Assembly: GCA_051294375.1 (NCBI GenBank) | Contig: CM119265.1 | Coordinates: forward strand, 14,608,963 to 14,672,962 | DNA: 64,000 bases | Reading direction: 5' to 3' | DNA from: Paraspadella gotoi | Taxonomy: Eukaryota; Animalia; Chaetognatha | Notes under the pieces: generated by a model | Told to the model about the DNA's origin: nothing | Databases searched by the model: none | The model's input: only the letters and a program-made list of their open reading frames with translations | Translations under genes and position numbers: made by a program | Shown here: positions 14,343 through 64,000 of the stretch, one piece after another | Layout: the number at the start of each line of letters is the position of its first letter | How positions within the stretch are numbered: the stretch's first letter is position 1

Positions 14343-16141
14343 CTCGGGGGTCGATGAATGTCTCCGAGGTCGTTAAGCCGTCGTAGAAATCAGATCCTCG
14401 CGTCATAGAAGTGGGGATTCCGAACGGCGTCGATTTAGCAAGGCGGCGAGTGGCGGCGAGTGGCGGCGAGCTGGCCGCCGCAGTGGCGGCCGAGCTTGGC
14501 GGCGCAGTGCGCGCCGAGTGGCGGCGCACCTTCCCGCGCTCCGCTCTGCCGCGGCCTCTGCAGACCGGAACGCTGACTCCGCAGTTCTTCCGTTCCCGGA
14601 AACCCTGAAAGAAACTACCTTCCTAAACCTTCTGCGGGGGAAAACGCCTACAGACTTACCTTTACATCGTATCTTCGCCAGGCAAGATGAGTCCGCTTCG
14701 TTCCCTATCACTTTCAGCAAAAGCATCCGATGACCGACGACCGACGCTACGACCGGGACCCGACGCACGACGAAGCTCGCAAGACCGAACGCCAAAAGAA
14801 CTAAAAATACCCAGATCCCGGCGCGAAGATCTACCAACCAAGCCTCCCACATCATCGTCCCCCAATCCGCGCGAAATCGGGGGGGAAAATAAATTCCCCA
14901 AAGGTGTTGACTCTTCTTTCTGCTTTCCTTTTCTCTAATTTCGAATACGCTACGAGACGCGCAAAAACACACAGTCACGAGCGGCACACAAGCCGGAAAG
15001 ACAAATGGCGTCGACACTAGTGGCTTTTGGCCGCCCTCGTCGCAGGGAATCCGCCAGCCCGAACTCCTGAGATTCCTCTCTACATCTTTTTATTTTCTTT
15101 TCTAAGCCGAGATCGCCAACGAAGACGAGACGGGAAGAGCGCAGAGGGACCAAGAGATTGCGAGAGCAGAGAGAGCAGCACGAAAGCGAGATACGAGAAG
15201 AGCGATGGAGAGGCGCGAGACGAGAGAGAAATTTTTGAAAGCATGAAGTCTAACTGATAAACCAATTTAAGGCGCTCACCCTTCAGCGCCCACGCCGGTC
15301 GACACGCGCGGTCCCGCGCGCGGATATTCCAACCGCCGCGCCGCGCGCGTTCCGTGAACGGCCGCACGAATGGGGGGCCACTAATACCTTCGCTCTGCAT
15401 GGCCTCTTATGCGCGGTGTATGACGGAGGCGCGTGGCGGCGTTGACGGGGTAAGCAGTTGTGGTGCGGGGCGTTGCACATCATTGCGCTGGTCAACAGAT
15501 CCTTTTAAAATTCATCTTTCGTCGTTTCAAAAGATAATCCGAAATACAATTTTGAAAGTGAAAAAATGTTTTGATTTTTTTTTTTGGTTTTGAACTTAAA
15601 CGGTTTACTTCGAAAGAGATTAGTGGTCAACCGAAATCTCAGCCACCTCCAGGCCAAATAAGATTCCACGTCACTCATAAAGCCCCCTTCAACCGACCCA
15701 CTAGCCAACTGAGACCAGAATTTCGTTTGTGACCAAGATTTGCGGCCGTCAATGCTATCCTGCGATGCTTGGGAATATGAATGCAAATGGCTCTTTCTCG
15801 GCGGAAGACAGAGGAGAGGAGAGAGAAACGATAATGTCGTTTTGAACGATGGGAAACCTGGGGACTGAGATTCACTTGTAGGGTATACACCGTGCTCTTC
15901 TCGTCGTCTGTCTCAAATCATCTCCTCTCTCATCCTCTCGGTCTCACTTCTCTCTCATTCTCTCTCTCCTCTTCCTCCTCTCTCATCTCTCCCCGTCTCT
16001 CTCACTCGTCTCTCTCATCTCTCTCACNNNNNNNNNNNNNNNNNNNNNNNNNTCTCTCTCTCTTCCAAAAACTGCCGTTCGTCTCATGAGTGCGACATCT
16101 CCCAAACGATGACGCCAATGACAGTTTTCACCTCAGCCACT

Positions 16142-16174
<33 letters not shown>

Positions 16175-17356
16175 GTGGAGGCGGCGTCGTCGACGCCGAC
16201 GACGACGACAACAACGACGACGTCTTTTCGGCGCCTTGATCGTCGAAACTATAAAAACTGTGGCGGCGTCGAAGACACAAACATTTTCGGATTTTCGCTG
16301 CCGACGAAAAAGAGACGAAAATCTTCGCTAAAATGTTGAGCCAAATTTCGTGGGGGAAGAAATAGGAAATATTTAAATATTTTTGCCGACTTTTTAATTT
16401 TATTTAGAAAAAATAAACGAACTTTTATCATCGATGACCTTTGGTCATTTCGTTTTAAAAAGAATTTAAAAAAAAGAACAAACGATCGAACGTTTCTGAC
16501 CAGACATAACTAATGTCTTTTGTCTAATTTTACGTTCGATTTCATTTCACTCACTTCCGTTTTTCTTTCNNNNNNNNNNNNNNNNNNNNNNNNNNNNNNN
16601 NNNNNNNNNNNNNNNNNNNNNNNNNNNNNNNNNNNNNNNNNNNNNNNNNNNNNNNNNNNNNNNNNNNNNNNNNNNNNNNNNNNNNNNNNNNNNNNNNNNN
16701 NNNNNNNNNNNNNNNNNNNNNNNNNNNNACAACAACAACGACGACGACGACAAAATCGTGTGAATAACGAATCAACCACTTGACCGTTAAGTTGGTCAAC
16801 CTAATTGAGCCACTAAACCAATACAATTGTTTTCTCGCTTTTAGTTAATTTTGACAGTGAATTGTTTTACCATTGTTTTGACTTTTTATTCTCTGTTTTG
16901 GCTCATGATTTTCGAATCATTACACCTTGATAAAAAATACGGAAAACTCGTCTCAATTATCGAACAAAATAATTTCGCCAATTTCGCCGCCTCAAAGCGA
17001 TCGTTAGTCTAGTTTCTCTTCCTTCTTTTTCTTTCAATCTCCTTTTTTTTTTTCTTTAACCTACTACTACACCCAGGAGTCTTTTACTTCTCTTCTATTT
17101 TTTCCTTTTCTTTTTTTTCTCCGTCCTTTTTCTTTTCTCTTTTTTTTTCGATCTTTCTCTTCACCTTTTCGTCGCTCGCCATTTTTCTCCGCCAATTCTT
17201 CGCCTCATTGCGTCTCAATTTTTTCCCATTTCCGCTTTTTGACTTTCGGTTCCAGTTTTTTTTTCTCTTTCTTTGTCCAGTTTTTTTTTCACCGCGGGCC
17301 AAATCTTTAGTTGTTCACAGTTTATTCGCCCTTCAACAGTGAAATATTACTAACTG

Positions 17357-17408
<52 letters not shown>

Positions 17409-18433
17409 CTTCTCTCTTCTTCATCTCTCTCTCTCTCTCTCTCTCTCTCACTTCTCTCTGCCTTCTCTCTCTCCTCCTCTCACCCTCGCTCGCATTAATA
17501 TTAGTCTCACCTTCTGACACTCACTGGCCTCTGGCGATATCACTGGTTTTTTTCCCAAAATAGGGGGCGGCATCCTCATTTCCTCCTCCTCCTTCTCTTC
17601 CTCCTCCTCCTTTACGTGAACCCTCCGGAGACGGAAATGATGAAGCTCTTCGGTCGCTCGGTCAGGACGAAGGGGGCGTGGCCTCGAAGCCGCGCAGCGC
17701 CATCGCGGAAACCAATTTTCTTCTTGGCGCCACTTTTGACCGGAAATGAGAAGCGAGAGTGGAGAAAGTCAAAGAGAGAGTGAGACGCAGACAGGGATAG
17801 AGTAAACGAGAGTGAGAGAGAGGGGGAGCCGGGAAGAGCGCGAGAGCACGAGAATATAAATACATAAGAGTGAGAGCGAGTTCTCCAACGATTTCCAGAA
17901 CATTTTCGCCCTTTTTGGCTTCTCTTCTCTAACGCAGAACTTGGCTTCTATTAAATGGGTCGATGACGGCATTATCAGTGATGGCATCCCCGGCGGTTTT
18001 GCCATTGCCTGTTGCATCGACAGCGTGATTGTGGTCACCCATTCCTCATCGCCGGTGCCATCGACGCCGGCGTCAAGGCGAGGTTTAATAAGCTTCCATT
18101 AGGCAAACGTCTCCGGGCGCTCGTGCTCTCATCTCTATCTCTCTCCTCTCTTCTCTCCTCTTCCTCTCTCTCTCTCTCTCCTCTCTCTCTCTTTCCTTAT
18201 TTTACAATTTCCGGTGCAGACACTTCCCCCCCCTCCGAAGCCAAAACTGTCAAAATTGAGCATCTCGAATTTGACCGGCGAAAATTCTTTCCTGAATATG
18301 ATTGGTCGAGAGAAACAAAGTAATTGTTCCAAAAAAAAAAAAAAAAAAATCGAACTAAAATTTAAAGACCTTGTCTTTTTTCAGAATTTTTTCACTTCCA
18401 TTCTGTGTCAGTTTTTGAAGCGATCCATTAACA

Positions 18434-57935
<39,502 letters not shown>

Positions 57936-59499
57936 CAGTCGTTCTACTGGGACAATGACGTCGACCGGAGAACGATGACGTCAACCCCAAAAAGGGTCAG
58001 AAGTCCACTCCCTTGACGACATGAAAAATCAAAAGCGAAACCCAGAGAACGTTCGATATTTTGCAGTAGTGCATGGACAGGCCTTGCGGATTCAGAAAAT
58101 TTATAAAAAAAAAAAAAAAAACGTCTCCGCGAGTAGGCTGCGTAATGCAGGAATTGAAGGTTGAGTTCCTTTTTCGATCGATAGTTTTTTTTTTATTTTG
58201 TCAAGACACACCCACGGTCTTAAGCCATTCCTTGAACCGTAGAATCTGCCACCCGCGTCACGACGGAGATTTAGTATTCTTTGTCCGGAGGGTTTACGCA
58301 CGTTCTCCCGACGGAATCTACACAAAAAGATTCAGCCTACAGTTTACTTTCATTTTTTTCTTGTATTAACAGGATGCCGACAAGTGTTATCAGTTAAGAA
58401 GACAGAAACTTTGACTGTTTTTTATTTATTGCGAGCTTGTTGTTCAGGCCGCAAGTACTCGAAGTCGACGTGTAAGGCGTCATTGTATTCTCGAGNNNNN
58501 NNNNNNNNNNNNNNNNNNNNAAGGCAAGGGAAGCATCGAGTTTTTAAGGACCGGAAAAATCAGAGGACCCGTTATTCGCGGTTTGTTCTAAACCGGGGAC
58601 CGGGAAAAAACAGAAAAAAAAAAAAAAGGTCTTCGGTCCGATTTTTTTGGTTGCGGATGGACCGGTACGGTAGGGATACGCACCTGGAACTAACTTGATC
58701 CCTCGGCGATTCACGAAATCATCAAAATTAGGCATCTCCAGGCATTAGATCATCCAGGTCTCGAAGGTTGATCATAGGAACATACCTGTTAAACAATCAA
58801 ATGACCTTAAAGATCTCGGAATATAATTCGCAATAAGAAATGAGTTCTTCAAAAAAAAAACAAAAAAAAAAAAAAAAAAAACAAACATATCATCATGACT
58901 GAACTTTACCCTTCGATGATCATTTTTTTATTCAAACAATATTATAAAGAAAAAATGAAAATATCGGCGTCAAAAACAAAAACAGTGTTTAATTCATTGT
59001 TTTTTTTTTTTCCTACTCAAACAAAAAGCAACCAAGATCAGGATAATCGAGGTCACGTGATTTCATTTTGAATGACAAACTAAAAAAACGGAAAGGCCTA
59101 ATGTAAATATTTAAAGGGAGGTAGATAGTTAATAATATTCTTTTAATTTAAAAAAAAAAAATGATTAAAATTCAAATGCGTACTGACTTCGCGAAATAAA
59201 AAGAAAAAGTTTTTCTCCCTTCACTTTAAAAAAAAATGACGCACGCATGACTCACCGACGATCACAGGAAAACAAAGAAACCTCGGAACGCAATCTTGGG
59301 TAGAGTGGCACCCTCGATTTTAAATTAAAAAAAAAAAAAAAAAAATCGCGAATCTCAGCATTAATTTGGTATTTTTTTCTTTTCGGTCTGCCTAAGTTTT
59401 TTTTTTTTTTTTTTTCGACACAATCTTCCATCTTTGACTTCCCATCCTTCGCGTTGTTCTTCGTTTCTCTCCGCACAAAAAATTCAGCCGACAGTTTTA

Positions 59500-60153
59500 C
59501 TTCCTTTTTTTTAGTCAGATCCTAAATTTATCCGAAAATGTTTAGGCTGATGTTTTTTATGTTTTGTTCATGGCCTCGACGCCCGTGAACTCATTGGGAA
59601 TCTCGCCCATGATATCCGTCGCCATATCACGAACCCATGACTTGTACCAACTAGACGCCGAATATCTATAAGAAACTCTAAAAGAAACTATCGGTTTACA
59701 TTGTATCCATTGCTATTAGTAATATAATCTTAGAAACACCTTGTCGCTGGATTCTCACTCGACCCCAATCTCCGTTAACTTCACGTTGAAATCTCTTAAC
59801 TCACTTAATCTCTTAACTCACCGGTGGATCCCTGCGCTTCATCTGACTGACCAAATTCTGTAGAAAGGCTCTGCGCGAAACTCAGAACAATGGCCGCGGT
59901 TAACCCAAGACCATGGGCTACTATAGCCCGTGACCCGAAAAAGCTGGCGGTCTGACGGAATTCTGAGCAATCGAATAGATAGATGGAACATATTTATGTC
60001 AACAAAAAAAAAATATCACAAAAACCACAATAAAAAATAAAACAGACCCTAAAAATTTATATAAGTTCTTACTCCCTCTCCCGAGCGACGATTCCATTTC
60101 GATCCTCAGTATCGATCGATGCGTCATCTTAACAAATATCTTGTTACCCCGAA
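59500..60153 (-). other. Heavily degraded inverted copy of the exon J/K region (about 57300-57900)
   Basis: ctcttaactcacttaatctcttaactcaccggtggatcc near 59792-59831 is the reverse complement of the exon J donor region. gatatccgtcgccatatc matches exon K. The block ends at the 25-N gap at 60154. Confidence 0.7.
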
Positions 60154-63000
60154 NNNNNNNNNNNNNNNNNNNNNNNNNTAACATTATGGAAATCTTCCCG
60201 ATAAAAAATAAATCGCCGTATGAAAGTAATAAATCTTTTGCGGAATGAGATCTCGGAGGTAACAAAGATTTTGTTAAGATGCGCATCGATCTACACTTAG
60301 GATCGCGAAATGGAATCGTGCTCGGGAGATGGGAGTAAAAGGCAAGGGAATTTTTTTTTTTTTTTGACCGATCGTTGTGAGAACCGTTGACGAACGGAAA
60401 ATCTGATCGACTCATTTCCCAGGAGCCAAAACTATGGAGCGAGAACTCCTTTGTTCACTCTCATTTCGAGATCATTATCCCTCTTCCCATCGATCATTAT
60501 CTCCCTTCGCTCATTTCATCTTTCGTTAAATTCCTCCTCTCCGTAGATTGAACTCCCCCTTTATTGCCAAATTGGGCCCCCAACTTTATTGCGTCATATC
60601 ATGAGATCACAAACACATGAAATTGATTTCGATGAACAAGTGCCATATCGCTGGATATCATCATCATCATCCTAAAACAAATTTTTTTATCGAAAAAAAA
60701 TCCTCATTATTATTATTTTTTTTATTATCCATAAATCTAAGATGATTACCGTTACTATTCAGAATTCTTTAAAAAGAAAAAAAACCAGATCCTTATCATT
60801 TCCATGTTATTCCATGTCCAAGAGACGAATACCTCTTTCTCCCTCCCCTCTACCCAGTTCATGTCATGTCTCATGTCATGTTTCATGTGATAAGTGGATG
60901 GAGAGGTGGGTTTAAAAAAAAAAAAGATTTTCATTGTATTTATTACTCACAAAATGAATCTCATATCTTGTCCGTTCAGTCCGTAGGCACCTTTTTCTCC
61001 GCCTTCGTTTCTATCTCATTTTTTTTCTTTTTTCTTAATTTCGGAAAAAAAAACTTAAGAAAAACTTTTTTGTTGTCTATTTTTGGTTCAAACGTTTTCT
61101 TTTACCGTTGATTTAAAAAAAAAATCATTCTCGCCGCCATATTGCATTATTGAATGTAGTTACAAAAAAAAACCCCTTGTAAAACGACTGTCACTGTTTT
61201 CTCTTCCCCTCTTTATAAAATTTTTTATCCCCCCATTCAATCTATGCGATCATACCCCTTAAAACGAAAGTTTTTAGTTTCTGATTTTTACAATTTAATG
61301 GTTCTAATATTTTTGTAAAGACTTTCTGTGTTTGTGAAAATATAACTATTAATTAATGTCTCTACAAAAACATTCGTTCTTCGTTGACGCTGTATTGGAA
61401 TTGAGAAAGAGAAAGAGAGAAAGAGAGAGAGAACCAGTTAATTTATGCCAGAGAGAGAGAGACAGAGATACAGCTTAACCCGCTTTTAACAAAACGATTC
61501 CGATTTCGTGCGGAAGCGAGACGCCTCAGTCGGAACAGAGAGAGAGAGAGAGAGAGAGAGTAAGAGAGAGAAAGGAAAAAAAAAGAAGAGTTTTTGGTTC
61601 TGATAAACGATTTTTCGGTCAAAACTTCTCATTTCTTTTGTTCCGTCGAACGAAAGGCAATAAATTCTGAGATCGGGACGTCATCAATCATTGGAATTAT
61701 AGCGAAGGAGACGAAGAAGAAGAAGAGACTCGGGATCCGGCGGTCCGGACTTCGGACTCCCGGATTGAGAAATTGAGAATTGAATTCGGATGAGAATAAT
61801 TGGAAAATTAAGAATCAAAACAAGAGAAATTGAGAAGAAAAAAAAACCCATTAGCGTTTCCTCTTCCGAAAGGAATTGCAATACGTGTATAATGTACAAT
61901 TGTACATGTCACGCAATTTCGACGCAATAACTTTACATCTCAGGCGACTGCTCGATAATTAACACAGAAACGTCCTTTTCGTCATCAATAAAAATTCGAC
62001 CCGACAAAAAAAAAAAAAAAATGAACGGAAAAAAATCAGGAATAAAAAAAATATTCGCCAACATAAAACTCCTAGGACCACCGCCGACCCAAGAGAGAGA
62101 AATGTTTTCCCTTTTTAACCGGTCTTAACCGTAGTTTTTGACAGATTTTATTGCTTCAGTTTTTCTGGGTGCGTGCCTCTCGGTCCGAATCTAGCCGACC
62201 CATTCGATTCCCGCACTCTCTCTCTCTTTCTCTCTTAGCTTTCTATTTAGAGGTTTTGACTCAGCTTTTCTCATTGTTACTTTTGGATGATTTTATTGCT
62301 CGCTCTATCCCAATTTTGTTTCGCGCCACGTTTTCGAATTTATCCTTCGATTCTTCATACCGAATGATATAACCTCTTTGCAGGTGATCATTGTGTTTCA
62401 GTCAACGGTCGCCATTGACGTTCGTCATCTTTGACTCTTTCACTGTCGTTTCACATGACATCACTCTTTTTTGAGTTCGTTTTTAGCTTTTTTTTCTTAC
62501 TCCAGTTTACCCGCCACTTTGTCATTTTAACATTAATATTCAAAACAGTCAGTGTGTGTATATAGTCCTTGCTATCTTCCCCCATTAATATTCTTTTTCA
62601 GCGTCCCGTTCGTTGCCGTTCGCCGTCCTTGTCTCGTTCGCCGTCTTATTTTCGTTCGCCGTCGTTCGCCGTCTTCGCCACGGACTCATTCGCTATGCGT
62701 GAACGGGAAGCGACGAGCCATGAACCCTCGCCTGGTCTCCCGGGTGCAAAGGAGTGAGGGGAGGAAATAGGGAGAGGGAGAGGGAAGGAGGGGAAATTAG
62801 TAAAGTAGGTGTGTGTGTGAAGGGAAAGTGAAGTGGGTGAGGTATATATGAAAATGTGGAGGTAGGTTTTGTAACAACGAAATAAACAATCTGCGATGGA
62901 GTGCAATATTAATGTTTTAATTCAAAGCCTGGTTTAACTAAATTAAATCTGTTAGGTCATAGGTGAGAAATTGTTTAAATCGAGCGATGAGTGGAAATCG

Positions 63001-63075
63001 AAGAGTGGAAAAGCGAAAGTGAAGAGTGGAAAAGCGAAGGTGAAGAGTGGAAAAGCGAAGGTGAAGAGTGGAAAA
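63001..63075 (+). repeat. 21-bp minisatellite GAAGAGTGGAAAAGCGAA(A/G)GT x~3.5
   Basis: Directly visible tandem units. Confidence 0.85.
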
Positions 63076-63600
63076 CGAGTCAGTAAATGGGAGTGAAAAG
63101 GCGGGAGGTGAGAGGAAGGAGGAATTGGTTCGGTCGTAAAGCCTAATAGAGTTAAGTAGTCGCTACGGATCGCTTGGGTTCACTATGGATATGAAAGTGT
63201 TTAAGGTGCAGAGTCGGAGATGGCTGACGAGGGAATAGAATTTCGTAGACTCGAGGAATCGTGGCGTAAAATCATGGGAATTGCGGAAAAATCGCAGAAG
63301 GAACGATTATCAAAGAATGTTCGGAAATTAATATTAACGATTTCATAAAAAGATAATAACTGAATCGATGCGTGACGCATTCGGTGAAACGAATTTTCAA
63401 ATCAACATTCAAATCTTTCTCGTTTTCGTCGTCGTCTTCGTCTTCGTCACGCTCGAGTTCATCGTTCATCCTATCGTCGTCGCTTTGTTTGTCTCGCCTC
63501 TAAACTCTGACGATAAATGCGAAGAAATTCGGACTCGTAGCGACCTCTCGCCGGCCAATTCGAGAAACCGTTCCGGCCCACCGAATAAAATTATGCCAAG

Positions 63601-63692
<92 letters not shown>

Positions 63693-64000
63693 CTCCCTCC
63701 GACCCGATAGCATGAAAACGGAATTTCGAGGTTCCGAAAATGCACCGTTTTCTCTCGCTGTCGTCGTCCGCACGAACGTCGTTTTCATCGTCGTCGTGCC
63801 GCGCGTTATCGTCGTGTCCATCATCGTCGTCATCGTCGTCGTCGATCGGAACGAATGAAGCGTGAAAAGTTTGTTGCAGAGTTTGAGGACAATTCAGCGA
63901 ACTGCGAGGAGGAGCGAGATAGAGAGCGAGCGAGAGAGAGAGCGAGAGAACCTGTGCGCAGACGGTAGGAGAAGAGAAAAAAAGTTTTGGGCTCGACGGC

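Overview
Eukaryotic (bilaterian invertebrate, probably spiralian) genomic DNA, rich in (GA)n and (GTC)n microsatellites, containing one multi-exon Pax6 gene on the + strand. By hand I could splice 11 coding exons (19844-57935): paired domain, linker, Ser50 homeodomain and PST tail ending in LISPGVSVPVQVPG. A candidate 12th exon (18434-19610) would add a 392-aa N-terminal extension. Most intron positions match human PAX6, but two are extra. One of these (26898-27416) is flanked by a 13-bp direct repeat of coding sequence and carries a CCA-bearing tRNA-Lys 3' fragment with its own 15-bp direct repeat. About a third of the window (about 430-4630, 12100-12960, 36600-54560, 59500-60150) is redundant, mostly strand-flipped, indel-rich copies next to 25-N gaps. 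These are most likely long-read gap-filling artefacts, including the extra homeobox exon copies. I found no convincing novel multi-gene system. The most interesting signals concern intron gain and Pax6 isoform architecture. All comparisons to known proteins are from memory, not database searches.
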